NCBI GenBank assembly: GCA_964550425.1
Contig: CAZJZB010000005.1
Coordinates: 1 to 55,772, forward strand
Length of the DNA stretch: 55,772 nt
DNA from: an uncultured Candidatus Saccharibacteria bacterium
Lineage (GTDB): Bacteria; Patescibacteriota; Minisyncoccia; Phycocordibacterales; Phycocordibacteraceae
Direction of reading: 5' to 3'
Part shown: in pieces, positions 46,138 through 55,772 of the stretch
Layout of the letters: each line of letters opens with the position of its first letter
Position numbering within the stretch: position 1 is the stretch's first letter
Program-made: the position numbers and the translations under genes
The notes under the pieces: generated by a model
Told to the model about the DNA's origin: nothing
Database searches by the model: none
What the model saw: only the letters and a program-made list of their open reading frames with translations

Positions 46138-46764
46138 TTATTTTGGTTTTTCTAATACAAAGAAATGGTGGTAAGGGCTTCCAAATGGGATAAAGTCACG
46201 CACAATTTTTCCGTGGGCAGAAAGTGTGTTTCGGATGAGAGAGATCGAATAACCGCGTTTGCCCAACTCCCAGTAATGCTGGCCGTTAAAGATATGCTTC
46301 TTCGGAAAGGGAATTTTTAACGCGAGATGTATTTGTGGAAGGAACGGAATTTTGAGTGAAAAAAAAAGCATCGGCCCGAAATGCGGCACACTAATCACCA
46401 CGTGTGTACGAGCGACGCGACAAAGCTCAATAATAGCTGAGTCAAACTGCTCGAACGGCAAGTGCTCTAGAACTTCGAACGCACACACGACATCAAACGA
46501 CTTATCGGCAAACGGAAGTTTCAAAATATTTCCTACGACATCCGGGTGCAGATCCTCCGCGACATCAACTGATGTGTATGACACGGCAGTATTGTTTTTA
46601 ATAAAATCCCCAAACACTCGATCTCCCACCCCAACCTCAAGAACGGTCAAGGGTTGAAGTTCCAAGACCTCTTTTAGCTGCCAGTAATAACTCACGAACC
46701 GCCCCTCAAAGGCGTATTTGCCGAACTGGTAGTGTGACTTATCAACCTGCGGAATAGGGCTCAT
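46138..46764 (-). CDS. Class I SAM-dependent methyltransferase
   Basis: LEVGVG, LPFADKSFD, EVLEHLPF, HYWELG. Confidence 0.9.
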   Translation of the reverse strand: MSPIPQVDKSHYQFGKYAFEGRFVSYYWQLKEVLELQPLTVLEVGVGDRVFGDFIKNNTAVSYTSVDVAEDLHPDVVGNILKLPFADKSFDVVCAFEVLEHLPFEQFDSAIIELCRVARTHVVISVPHFGPMLFFSLKIPFLPQIHLALKIPFPKKHIFNGQHYWELGKRGYSISLIRNTLSAHGKIVRDFIPFGSPYHHFFVLEKPK

Positions 46765-47768
46765 AGGGCTTGTATAGCCCTTAGTATCGCAGGAATGAGG
46801 CGCTGGAGCGAGTGGTGCTCCCGCACATAGGTCGCAAGTGGGGATATATTGACTCGTGGCGCTCGTTGCAGAGCATCGGCGATAGCGCTCGCATCAAAAG
46901 CCACGAACAGACCGAGTGGCTCCAGTAAATGTTTGTACGCCTCATTACCGGTGACGACGGGAATGCCCGCACACAGCGCCTCAAGCACGGCTTTGTCCAT
47001 ACTTCCATTCTCGCCAAGGTTTACAAACACATTGGCTTCGCATAGAAGCGCGGCGATCTCGGATTGGGTTTTTGGCCCTACAAATTGCACGGTACTTCCA
47101 GCGCGGGCATATACTCGTTCGGCGTATTTTATATCCGCTGCGGTGACCGGCGCTCCCGCGATAACAAGCATAAACGGTACTCCTCGCGCCGTGAGAATAT
47201 CGGCTGCGTCAAGTAGCAAGGAGATATTTTTTGTTTTGGAGATACGGCCGGCGGTAAGTATTCTTAACGTTCCTGACATTTCTTGCATCGGGCAGATGAA
47301 AAGATTGGTGGGAATGCCGTGTCCTACTATATTGAGCTTTTTCGTATGTAAACGGAAACTTTCCTTTGAAGCGGTGAGGATGATGTTTGCAAAAAATACC
47401 GCAATTCGCAGTTTCAGATCGACGTTCTTGTGCAGGTACCAAAATGCGATGCGCTTCTTCCATATTCGCCAGAAAAGACCGCCGAGTACGACATACTCAG
47501 GATTCATGTGCACGAATACCGTGTCATAATCGCGACGCAGACGCCAGATATAGGTATAAAAATTCAGAATGTATTTTATTCGCGAAACACCTTTTTCTTT
47601 CCCGAGCGAGTGCACCCGCACGTTCGCAGGCAAACTATGCTTCCCTTCTTTGAGGCAGATGACTTCAATTCGCTCCGCATGTTTCGCGAACTCTTCTATC
47701 CATCGCACGAAGAATCCGAGGATTGGGTCTTCAGAATCGACGGCTTGGGTGATTATTAACAGCTTCAT
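46761..47768 (-). CDS. GT4 glycosyltransferase
   Basis: Start MKLLIITQAVD; GHGI, GRISKTK, GSMDKAVLEA. Confidence 0.9.
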   Translation of the reverse strand: MKLLIITQAVDSEDPILGFFVRWIEEFAKHAERIEVICLKEGKHSLPANVRVHSLGKEKGVSRIKYILNFYTYIWRLRRDYDTVFVHMNPEYVVLGGLFWRIWKKRIAFWYLHKNVDLKLRIAVFFANIILTASKESFRLHTKKLNIVGHGIPTNLFICPMQEMSGTLRILTAGRISKTKNISLLLDAADILTARGVPFMLVIAGAPVTAADIKYAERVYARAGSTVQFVGPKTQSEIAALLCEANVFVNLGENGSMDKAVLEALCAGIPVVTGNEAYKHLLEPLGLFVAFDASAIADALQRAPRVNISPLATYVREHHSLQRLIPAILRAIQAL

Positions 47769-47855
47769 ATTGACTTTTGGTGTGGTTGGTATATCATGGC
47801 AGGACAAATGCCTTCGGGCTGGCCCTCGCAAGAGGGAGAAAAATACGAGAGGCCG

Positions 47856-48242
47856 TCAAAGCATATCTTTGACGGCTTTTCGTATTGTTTCAAAAGTTTG
47901 CTTATTGAGTATCTGAATCTTCGGATCGAGCCGCTTGGTATCTACAAGACGGAGTTGGGAGATTATTGCAAACGCAATCTTTCCTTCGACTTCTCCAACT
48001 GGCACATGATACGGATTCTGTTTAGTCGATGTAGTGAGCGGTACGATCAAACACACAGAGCGACTGAAAGCTTTCAACACAAGGATGGGGCGCGCGCGTC
48101 CGGCACCAGTGCCGTCTTGCTCAAATCCAACGTTAACACCGAGACGGCACCAGCGAATCTCGCGCTCGTGATACAACGGCTTATACTCCAGAGCATCTAT
48201 CGCTTTTTTCTCCTCATTCCAGCCATCAAAATCTTTCTTCAT
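47856..48242 (-). CDS. PemK/MazF family toxin (no adjacent antitoxin gene)
   Basis: EIRWCRLGVNVGFEQDG..RPILVLK..VPLTT..SQLRLVDTKRL. Confidence 0.88.
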   Translation of the reverse strand: MKKDFDGWNEEKKAIDALEYKPLYHEREIRWCRLGVNVGFEQDGTGAGRARPILVLKAFSRSVCLIVPLTTSTKQNPYHVPVGEVEGKIAFAIISQLRLVDTKRLDPKIQILNKQTFETIRKAVKDML

Positions 48243-48251
48243 ATTCTCATT

Positions 48252-48320
48252 CTAACGCACAAAGAACCCGAGGATCGGGTCTTCGGAATCGATGGCTTGG
48301 GTGATGATGAGTACTCTCAT
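48252..48320 (-). pseudogene. Truncated duplicate of the 5' end of the GT4 gene at 47768
   Basis: MRVLIITQAIDSEDPILGFFVR* vs MKLLIITQAVDSEDPILGFFVRW. Confidence 0.85.
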
Positions 48321-48375
48321 GGCAATTCGGAAAGCGAACAGATGACGATAACGACTGTATGTGGAGCAGTATCAG

Positions 48376-49530
48376 TCATAAAGAAATGAGTCGTGCTAAG
48401 TCGCTCGTGATGCGCGTCGAGAGATCGCCTTGCGAGGCGAGATGCGCACACGCAGAGGCCTCGGCATGCATTGGGAGTTCCTGTCGCATCCTCGTATCCT
48501 CGATGAACCGAGTGATGTTGAGAGAGAGGGCTTTCGGATCGGCAACCGGCGCGACAAGGACGTCTCTACGATCTTTAAATACCTCTCCCACGATGCCGAC
48601 GTCGGTCGTGATGATAGGGATCCTGGCGAGCGCCGCTTCGATAAGCGTACGGCCATATCCTTCATACGCGCTCGCTTGGATAAATGCCTGCGCGCTCCCC
48701 ATAAGCGCCCGCGCATCGTGGCGTTCTCCAAGAAAGACGACATTCTTTTCAAGATCCAGAGCGCGCGTCAGCCGCTCAAGCCGACCGCGCTCGCTGCCCT
48801 CGCCGACGATAAAGAGCCCGAGCATCGGATACTGCTTGATGACAAGCGAGAGCGCCGTGAGAATATCTTCCACTCTTTTCTCCGGCTCTAGGCGACCGAC
48901 TGCGATGAGTGCAAAATTGAACGGGTGCGCAGGCAATGCTATCGGCGAGGGTACCTCCATCGAAACTGTAATCGGGATAACTGACGGTTCGGGAATGCTT
49001 GCCTCGTGAGATCGAGTACTTATCTCACTGGGGTGCGAACCGTAGCGCGCCATGAGCGACGATTTCACGCGCTCGGAGACCGCTCGGATACCTGCGGCTG
49101 CGGGCAAAACACGGTCGGCGATTCCGCGGCGATAACGATTAAGAAGTGTTGCGCGCCACGTGCCGCCCTTCACAAACCATGAGGAAAGGAAGTCGGTATG
49201 CACCTGAATATGCAGCTTCGCGTTCGTGCCTTGCACGGCTCGCAGCGCCGCAAGACCGTGTTCAAAAGGATCCTGTGCCGAAACGACGTCAATATCATGT
49301 TTTAGAATAAGAACGTGTGCCCGCTTGACAAACGAGCGCACACGAAATGGTCTCCATGAATGCACCGGGTAAAGAAAAAGATTGCCTTCCTTCTCTTCTT
49401 TTGCGTTTCGATCCGCGGAAGAAAGAATGTGCAACTCCCCCATCAATGCGGCGTATGCGCGCATTCGAGCGCGCGTGGCGCTTGTCGCCACAAATAGTGA
49501 AGGATCGGATCCGATATTTAAGACACGCAT
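48376..49530 (-). CDS. GT4 glycosyltransferase
   Basis: Start MRVLNIGSD; GRLEPEK, EGYGRTLIEA. Confidence 0.92.
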   Translation of the reverse strand: MRVLNIGSDPSLFVATSATRARMRAYAALMGELHILSSADRNAKEEKEGNLFLYPVHSWRPFRVRSFVKRAHVLILKHDIDVVSAQDPFEHGLAALRAVQGTNAKLHIQVHTDFLSSWFVKGGTWRATLLNRYRRGIADRVLPAAAGIRAVSERVKSSLMARYGSHPSEISTRSHEASIPEPSVIPITVSMEVPSPIALPAHPFNFALIAVGRLEPEKRVEDILTALSLVIKQYPMLGLFIVGEGSERGRLERLTRALDLEKNVVFLGERHDARALMGSAQAFIQASAYEGYGRTLIEAALARIPIITTDVGIVGEVFKDRRDVLVAPVADPKALSLNITRFIEDTRMRQELPMHAEASACAHLASQGDLSTRITSDLARLISL

Positions 49531-50528
49531 ATTTTTCTTAGGACTGCCAGAAATTCTTTTACGACCTCTTCCCATGGATGTGAGAATGAAAATGTTCGAA
49601 CACGCTCGCATGCGCGAGCGTACTCTGCCGCATCAAGCAACATCTCTATTTTCTGACGGAGTGCATTAGCGTCAAACGTATCGACGAAAATACCCACTTC
49701 CGCGAGACGCTCGCGTGCTCCATTATCATAGGGCATGATGAATGGTTTGTCGTAACGAATAGCATCTATGGCAGTATTCGGACTTATCTCACTCATTGAG
49801 GGTACAATGACCGCATATGCATATCGAATGCGCTCTTCGTGCATACTGGGAGGCAAGATCCGAGTATCCAGCTCAATGTCGGGAAATGTGCGTTTCAAAT
49901 CAGTAAAAATTGTTTCGAGCATTTCTGTGTTCTTAAGAAAAGATGCGCGCGCGGCGGCGACGAAGACACGCCCTTTTGCGGGCGAAGTTTCGCGCCCTGT
50001 CGGATATGCATTCTCAATAACCGATGCTTTTTTTTGATCGAGATCATATATCTTTTCCCAGAGATTCTTCTGCCACGCCGTATTAAATATAATTGCATCC
50101 GCGTACGTTGTGATTAAACGCGCGCCCATGCGTATAATCTGTTCTTTGAGAGAAAGGGGTCGTTTGGTCGCATAAAATTCAGAAAGTGTGATGAAATTGC
50201 GTGTCCTCTGTACGTACGTCTCCCACAGGAAATCGCCCCCGATACGGACAAGTATCTTCTTCTTTCGCGCTTTTGCAGCAATAAGAGCTGGTACGCCAGT
50301 GCTCCATGTGTCAAAAGCGAGCACTGCATCTGCCTCGCGCGCAGCTCGAAATACGCGCCAGAAATATGCAACGTGCCGCAACATCTTTGGATACAAACGC
50401 ACATCCGAGAATTTCACCAACACAACATCATTGCCAGACGCCGCGATCCTTTCATTGAGTTCTTTCGCATACGTCGCCGGACCGCCAATCTCGGGCGGGT
50501 ATAAAGGAGTAGCGATGACAATTCGCAT
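49518..50528 (-). CDS. GT4 glycosyltransferase
   Basis: Start MRIVIATPLYPPEIGGPA; EISPNTAIDA. Confidence 0.88.
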   Translation of the reverse strand: MRIVIATPLYPPEIGGPATYAKELNERIAASGNDVVLVKFSDVRLYPKMLRHVAYFWRVFRAAREADAVLAFDTWSTGVPALIAAKARKKKILVRIGGDFLWETYVQRTRNFITLSEFYATKRPLSLKEQIIRMGARLITTYADAIIFNTAWQKNLWEKIYDLDQKKASVIENAYPTGRETSPAKGRVFVAAARASFLKNTEMLETIFTDLKRTFPDIELDTRILPPSMHEERIRYAYAVIVPSMSEISPNTAIDAIRYDKPFIMPYDNGARERLAEVGIFVDTFDANALRQKIEMLLDAAEYARACERVRTFSFSHPWEEVVKEFLAVLRKICVS

Positions 50529-50536
50529 AGCTCTAT

Positions 50537-50959
50537 TTAGCGTTTCTTTCCCCTCCCGCGCGGCTTCGCCGCGCAGATTTTCTTCGTATGTTTCTTGAGC
50601 CACGCGACTAGTGTTGGCATTTCAATTTTTTCAGCTGCAACAGAAAGAACAAACCTCTCAACTTCTTTGTTTGTCGCCGAAAGATTGTGACCGTTCTTAT
50701 AGAGGAATCGCGCGCAAACCGTAATGCCAGTACGTTTGTTTCCGTCGATGAAAACATGATAATTCACGATTGATTCAAGATAGACTGCGGCCTTTATAAA
50801 AACGTCCGGGTAAAGATCCTCTCCGCCGAACGTCGCTTTTGGCTTGTCAACAATTGCAGCGAGCAGGCCGACATCACGGACGCCATGCGAGCCGCCAGTC
50901 GCATCAATAATTTCAGAATGCAGTACTAGTATTGCTTCGGCCGAAAGATATTGCATCAT
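50537..50959 (-). CDS. Doc/Fic family toxin
   Basis: HVFIDGNKRTG Fic/Doc motif. Confidence 0.92.
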   Translation of the reverse strand: MMQYLSAEAILVLHSEIIDATGGSHGVRDVGLLAAIVDKPKATFGGEDLYPDVFIKAAVYLESIVNYHVFIDGNKRTGITVCARFLYKNGHNLSATNKEVERFVLSVAAEKIEMPTLVAWLKKHTKKICAAKPRGRGKKR

Positions 50960-51195
50960 TATTTCGCAAGCGCCTCAAGTGCGCCGCGATAGCGTTTTAT
51001 AAAGCGGTCGGACCAATCAAGCAGTTCAGCGTCCGCAATCGGCGCGGGATGCGAAACGACAAAACGCCGCTTCTGTTCATCTATGTCGAGCGCGAGCGAT
51101 GTTCCCGCCTTGATACCGAGCGATTTCAAAGATTTCTTCGGAATGACGACTGCTATGGAAGATCCTATTCTAATCGCTTTTTGGAGTGTTGACAT
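50959..51195 (-). CDS. AbrB/MazE family antitoxin
   Basis: RIGSSIAVVIPK..LGIKAG; C-terminal YRGALEALAK; stop/start overlap with doc. Confidence 0.9.
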   Translation of the reverse strand: MSTLQKAIRIGSSIAVVIPKKSLKSLGIKAGTSLALDIDEQKRRFVVSHPAPIADAELLDWSDRFIKRYRGALEALAK

Positions 51196-51246
51196 ACTTT
51201 TAATTGTTATGATTATAATGCCATTATAATCTATCTGTTTTGAGCG

Positions 51247-52479
51247 TCAAGCGACTTTTGTCGTGCTTGAATCAGCAGATTCACCTACTGGGGTCGAGTG
51301 CACCCGATTGAAGATCGCCTTCATCTGCGCTGCAATGAGGGTCCAATCATATTTTTCGGCAACAAGTTTTTTTGCATTCGTCTTTACTCGCGCAACATGC
51401 TCGGGATGCGCGAGAATATCCTTTACCGCTTCCGCAATTTGCTCGGGTGAATCAACATCAACCGCCCACCCGGTCGTCTCTTTGTCGGGATTGCGCTTCG
51501 CATCAAACAGAAAGTCAGTAATGCCCCCCTCCTGTGTCCCAATGACCGGCAACCCGGTCGCCATAGCTTCAATAAATGAATTACCCATGCCTTCGGAACG
51601 GGAAGGGCGAATAAATATATCGCAAGATTTCAAGTAGTTCGGCAGGTCTTCATTCGGCACATATGGATGCATATGGACGCGCGTGGAAACGCCAACTTCC
51701 TGCGCAAGTTCCCTAAGAGTAGTTGCATCGGGGCCATCCCCGATCATGAAAAAATGTATGTGTCCCGGGAGAAGAGGTAGCGCGCGAATAACCGTATCGA
51801 GCGCATTTTTGCGTACCAGGCGGCCGGTATGAATGAGCCATGTGTCTCCTCCCTTTTTTCCGATCTTTTTGCGAATGATTTTCAGTTCCTCTTGAGGAAG
51901 TGTTCGCGAAAATTGTGCGAAAGAAACACCATTGCCTATCACTTCCGGAGTTCCGGGAAATCCAATTTGTTTCGCCCATCGGGCAAGAAAAGTAGAGATT
52001 GTCTGAACGGCGGTTGCCTGTCTGAATCCCGCCGCAAGTAATGGACGAAATGGCAGAATACGAAAACGGTTAAACATGTGTCCAAAAGGATCGCCTTCTT
52101 GAAGCGAGAGCAAATATGGCACACGGATTCCGAGGGAATGAAGTAAGACAATTGGAAACAGCATGTAAGACATCATCGCCCAGAAAGCGTCAAAATGAAG
52201 CGCTTGATGGAGAACGCGCGCCGCTCTTGCGGCGCGCGGCACAAACAATATTTTTGAAAAATACGAATCGCCGTTCCCTATCCGATGCACAAAAATATTT
52301 CCAATTTTCTCTTCCGACGCTTCGCCGCCGAAGTTCAGCGTGAGCATATGGAATTCAATATCGGGCAGTCGATCGGTAATTTCTTTGAGAGCGACTTCGG
52401 CTCCGCCGACATGCGGATAATAGGCGAGCGAGAAGATAAGCACACGATGCTTCATCGCGCTGTCGAGTGTATGCTTCAT
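51247..52479 (-). CDS. GT4 glycosyltransferase
   Basis: GGAE, GNGV, PSRSEGMGNSFIEAM. Confidence 0.93.
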   Translation of the reverse strand: MKHTLDSAMKHRVLIFSLAYYPHVGGAEVALKEITDRLPDIEFHMLTLNFGGEASEEKIGNIFVHRIGNGDSYFSKILFVPRAARAARVLHQALHFDAFWAMMSYMLFPIVLLHSLGIRVPYLLSLQEGDPFGHMFNRFRILPFRPLLAAGFRQATAVQTISTFLARWAKQIGFPGTPEVIGNGVSFAQFSRTLPQEELKIIRKKIGKKGGDTWLIHTGRLVRKNALDTVIRALPLLPGHIHFFMIGDGPDATTLRELAQEVGVSTRVHMHPYVPNEDLPNYLKSCDIFIRPSRSEGMGNSFIEAMATGLPVIGTQEGGITDFLFDAKRNPDKETTGWAVDVDSPEQIAEAVKDILAHPEHVARVKTNAKKLVAEKYDWTLIAAQMKAIFNRVHSTPVGESADSSTTKVA

Positions 52480-52485
52480 GAGTAA

Positions 52486-53787
52486 TTAAAGAAATATGAA
52501 CGCACTGGCGGCAAGCGCCACGATTCCAAGGAAACCGAGAGTCCATGGAGAGCGAAAGAGATTGGAAGCGCGAGTGTCGGCGGGCGGCATCGGATCGGAA
52601 ACGAGTTCCGGAGACAATGCCGCCCCCGCGGCGGCGAGCTTTGTCGTCGCCGCGGGGGCGGCTACTGTTTCTTCATGCGTTTGAATGTTCGTCTTCGTGC
52701 TAGTAATCTGTTCGACCTGTCTCGCCGGATCCTCGTCAAGGCGGACCGTCTGTATCTTTTCATAACTCGCCGCGCTGGAAGAAAGTTGCGTGTTAGATAC
52801 GGGAGGATACGCAATTGCCACTTCCCCGCTCGGATACTGAAGAAATGCCGAGTCCGCAATGGGCAACTCAATTACTTGCGATGGGAAAAGAATCGTGCGG
52901 CCGGCGAGGATCTGTGTGTCCTCGGGAATTTTAAACTCTTGCCCACCCATGGATAAGCGCCAGAGCGAGATGTCGAGCGTGCGGGAATCAGTATTCACGA
53001 GAGTGATGCCGCGAGAAGACACTGAGCTGATTTTTATACCGGCATTTTTTACCGTCATGATGATTTCATTCCGTGCATCGCCGCCGTCGGGCGTCGTGGC
53101 GCGCACAACGGCGACGTACTCGCCCAGATCGTAATATTTATGATACACGCTCGCACCGGTCCTCTGCATTCCATCGCCAAACGACCATTTTACGAAAGCA
53201 TCGTCGCGTTTGTTTCCTTTGCCGTCATACACGATAGCCGTAAAAACGGTATCCGCTCCAGCGGATACCGTGCGATCGCCTCCGGTAACAATGCGGAGTG
53301 TTGGTATAGGAAGATACTCCGCCGATCCGCCGCTTGAAGAAGCCGCAGCGGCCGAAGAAGAATCGGGAGGAGGCGTGGAACCGCCCGAGCCGCCCGATGA
53401 CGCAACAGCGACCGTTTGGGACGAGTCAGTCATTGTGAGATCGGTTGCTGTTGAGGTTGCCGAAATAAGAACGGTGTAGGTGCCATTATCGACTCGGGTG
53501 CCAGCAGTATTCATCCCGTCCCAAATCTTAGGGGTCGGATTGGTGACACTCGAACTTGAATACAGTGATTTAACCATGGCGCCATCCGCGGATATGATTT
53601 TAATGGATGCTTTTACCTGCTCGGAGAAAGCGATGTCAATGGCGGTAGTGGTCGCAAGACCGGACTCGACCGTTGCGTCCGGATATATGGTGCCGTGCGA
53701 AATCGTATAAACCGTGAGTGTGGGTGAAGCCGCGTGCGCAAACGCGGGGAAAAGAATGGCGAGGGTGAGCAAGCTGGCAACACGCAT
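52486..53787 (-). CDS. Surface protein: signal peptide, FlgD-like Ig, PKD and lamin-tail-like domains, C-terminal TM
   Basis: FAHA/A signal; WDG..G..VDNGTYTV; WSFGDG..HKY...GEY; LDISLWRL. Confidence 0.78.
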   Translation of the reverse strand: MRVASLLTLAILFPAFAHAASPTLTVYTISHGTIYPDATVESGLATTTAIDIAFSEQVKASIKIISADGAMVKSLYSSSSVTNPTPKIWDGMNTAGTRVDNGTYTVLISATSTATDLTMTDSSQTVAVASSGGSGGSTPPPDSSSAAAASSSGGSAEYLPIPTLRIVTGGDRTVSAGADTVFTAIVYDGKGNKRDDAFVKWSFGDGMQRTGASVYHKYYDLGEYVAVVRATTPDGGDARNEIIMTVKNAGIKISSVSSRGITLVNTDSRTLDISLWRLSMGGQEFKIPEDTQILAGRTILFPSQVIELPIADSAFLQYPSGEVAIAYPPVSNTQLSSSAASYEKIQTVRLDEDPARQVEQITSTKTNIQTHEETVAAPAATTKLAAAGAALSPELVSDPMPPADTRASNLFRSPWTLGFLGIVALAASAFIFL

Positions 53788-53794
53788 AAAATTA

Positions 53795-55420
53795 TTATAT
53801 CTCGTCTTTAAATACCTTCCGAAGCGCATCTTCGGGGACCTCAAAGGGTTTCTTCTCTGCTGCCGCTGGCTTTTTTGGTTGCTCGTCTCGTTGAGGATTT
53901 GGCGAAATGGGTTGGTTGTTGATTGTTGGTTGTTGTTGATTACGGATAATCACATCGGCAAGAACTTTCTTGAGCGACCGCTGATTTTGTGATTTTCTCT
54001 GCCCCATTTCCGCGCCGGTCTTCGCGGTCATGGTGCGTAGAATTGACTTGAGGTCTTCTGCTGATTTGCCGCCGGAGGCGGACCCGCCTCCGGCGGGAAA
54101 AGTATCGAATCTTTTTACCGGCAAGTTTGGACGTGTACTCGCAACATGCGGAGCAATGTTCTTTATCTGTTCGCGCGATACGGTATATTGCTCGCGCGAT
54201 GCAGCGATAACTTGTTCTTTATAGGAAATGGGCGGCGGCTCTATCGGGGGGATCGTTACCGCAGAGAATGGCGCCGACCTGACCCCGTCTATCATAAGCG
54301 TGAGATATATCTGCCGGCGATCGAGCACGACGACATCCTCCTTCGTGAATCTCGGCATGAAAATCGTCTCAAGCACTTCGGCGTCAGGGAGTCCGACACG
54401 GAAGACAACTATTGTGCCGACGTTGTCAAAAATAGCGTCGCGCACCCCTTTCTCCATCTGCTCTATGTACTGATGCGCAATAACAAGATTCAATTTGTAT
54501 GTGCGCGCCTCAGAAAGGATCTCTGCGAAGGTCTCGTTCGCGAAATTCTGGAACTCATCAATGTAGAAATAAAAATTCGGCAGTTTCGCAAGCCCTTCGA
54601 TAGGAAGATTCGCGCGGCTCATCGCGGCGAGGAATATGCGGGTCGTGAGCATGGAGCCGAGGAGACGCATACTGATCTCTCCTATGGGACCCTTGGAAAG
54701 ATTGATGATGAGGATTTTTTTCTCATCCATCATCGTGCGGATATCAAATGAAGATTTCGGTTGCCCGACAATGTTCCTGATGAGCGGGTTGCCGGTAAAT
54801 TGGCCGACCTTGTTCTGGATGGCAGATGTCGCCTCCTGCGTATAGCGGTCGGTATAGACCGCATATTCCTTCGTCCAGAAGTCCTTCACGACTGGATCTT
54901 TCACGTTCTCAACAACCTTTTTCCGGTACTCTTTGTCGGTATACATGCGGTTCACGCCCAAAAGGGTCGCGCCCGGATATTCAAGCAAAGCGAGGAGCGT
55001 GTTCGTGAGGATGTACTCCATGCGTGAGCTCCATGCGTCCACCCATATCTTCTTGAAAGTCGCCATCAGACCGCTCACGACAATGTGGCGTTTGTCGTAG
55101 CCGATATCCTCCATCACGTTGAACGCGATCGGATGCTCCAGATCAAACGGAGCGAAGTACACCACGTCCTGTATGCGGTCTTCAGGAATATAATCGAGAA
55201 GCCGATCAACGGTTCCCCCGTGCGGATCAATGAAGGCGAATCCTTCGCCGTTCCTGAGATCCTGAATCGCCATGTTTTCGAGCAGGGTCGACTTGCCCAT
55301 ACCGGTCTTGCCGATGATATACATGTGACGATCCCGATCCTTCGCCTTGATGCCGAAAGGCACATACTTCCCTCGCGAATCAGTTGCCGCGAAGTAGGTA
55401 ACGCGTTCCGGATTCTCCAT
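53795..55420 (-). CDS. VirD4/TraG/TrwB-like ATPase
   Basis: RHMYIIGKTGMGKS, IDPHG, YIDEFQNF, AHQY. Confidence 0.9.
   Translation of the reverse strand: MENPERVTYFAATDSRGKYVPFGIKAKDRDRHMYIIGKTGMGKSTLLENMAIQDLRNGEGFAFIDPHGGTVDRLLDYIPEDRIQDVVYFAPFDLEHPIAFNVMEDIGYDKRHIVVSGLMATFKKIWVDAWSSRMEYILTNTLLALLEYPGATLLGVNRMYTDKEYRKKVVENVKDPVVKDFWTKEYAVYTDRYTQEATSAIQNKVGQFTGNPLIRNIVGQPKSSFDIRTMMDEKKILIINLSKGPIGEISMRLLGSMLTTRIFLAAMSRANLPIEGLAKLPNFYFYIDEFQNFANETFAEILSEARTYKLNLVIAHQYIEQMEKGVRDAIFDNVGTIVVFRVGLPDAEVLETIFMPRFTKEDVVVLDRRQIYLTLMIDGVRSAPFSAVTIPPIEPPPISYKEQVIAASREQYTVSREQIKNIAPHVASTRPNLPVKRFDTFPAGGGSASGGKSAEDLKSILRTMTAKTGAEMGQRKSQNQRSLKKVLADVIIRNQQQPTINNQPISPNPQRDEQPKKPAAAEKKPFEVPEDALRKVFKDEI
54069..54096. 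repeat. 28-bp palindrome (REP-like), family member 2, inside a coding linker
   Basis: ccgccggaggcg-gacc-cgcctccggcgg; encodes PAGGGSASGG. Confidence 0.8.
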
Positions 55421-55442
55421 TACGCTTTAGTATAACAAACTC

Positions 55443-55703
55443 TTATTCGTATATCGAATGATCACCAACAGCGTGTAACCTTGCTTCTTTATTGGAAATC
55501 CACTCGAACATGATGCGATTCTTGCGGTCAATGGAGAAACCGAAAAATCCAGCATATTTGCCATGCAATTTATGTACTTCGAGTTGCCGGTGGTTATCTC
55601 TATCTCTGAACAATTCAATCTTCTTGAAGGCGACCTCCTGTAACCGCAAATCGAGTCTTTTTAACCTTCGGAAGAATTCCGGTGTGAACCCGACGGTTAC
55701 CAT
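55443..55703 (-). CDS. RelE/ParE-superfamily toxin
   Basis: FTPEFFRRLKRL..LEVHKLHG..FSI....RIMF..VGDHSIY. Confidence 0.85.
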   Translation of the reverse strand: MVTVGFTPEFFRRLKRLDLRLQEVAFKKIELFRDRDNHRQLEVHKLHGKYAGFFGFSIDRKNRIMFEWISNKEARLHAVGDHSIYE

Positions 55704-55772
55704 ACTGTTAGAATTTCTCGGTTAAAGAAACTTTTGGGTTGCTGATTTTGTGATACGGTGGCGTACATACAA

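Noticed and set aside
53795-55420. Conjugative element
   Set aside because: Lone VirD4-like ATPase with no relaxase, VirB genes or integrase in view.
55704-55772. Antitoxin partner of the RelE-like gene
   Set aside because: Too little sequence before the window end to support a call.

Overview
Bacterial chromosomal segment, almost entirely minus-strand. Gene content and style point to Patescibacteria/CPR, probably Parcubacteria (inference). (1) 1-5838: a giant surface-type protein absent from the ORF track because it runs off the window. I checked the frame by hand and it is stop-free for 1946 codons. It has an N-terminal HTH, a TM segment and GNVGIGTT repeats, and contains a 728-aa intein (1336-3519). 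The intein has no recognisable homing endonuclease. Instead it carries cargo in three loops: a tRNA-like structure plus an antisense promoter/sRNA/terminator unit; an in-frame NYN RNase domain with a second, identically spaced antisense promoter unit; and a complete four-helix-bundle gene in a shifted frame, enclosed by a 23-bp G-U-containing RNA stem. (2) 6338-14139: a divergent F1-type ATPase operon (epsilon, beta, gamma, alpha, delta, b-like). It has no subunit a and no normal subunit c, but has an exported protein ending in a c-like hairpin without the ion-binding carboxylate, and is flanked by three HTH-TM paralogues. (3) 14191-22213: housekeeping genes (gatB, obg, SDR, PaaX-like, secA, murB). 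(4) 22210-52479: a large surface-glycan locus (GT-C membrane transferases, GT2/GT4/GT47, methyltransferases, neuABC, TagF-like, flippase) with two apparent deletion scars and inserted toxin-antitoxin genes. (5) 52486-end: a PKD/LTD surface protein, a VirD4-like ATPase and a RelE-like toxin. All family calls come from motif recognition by eye; no searches were run.
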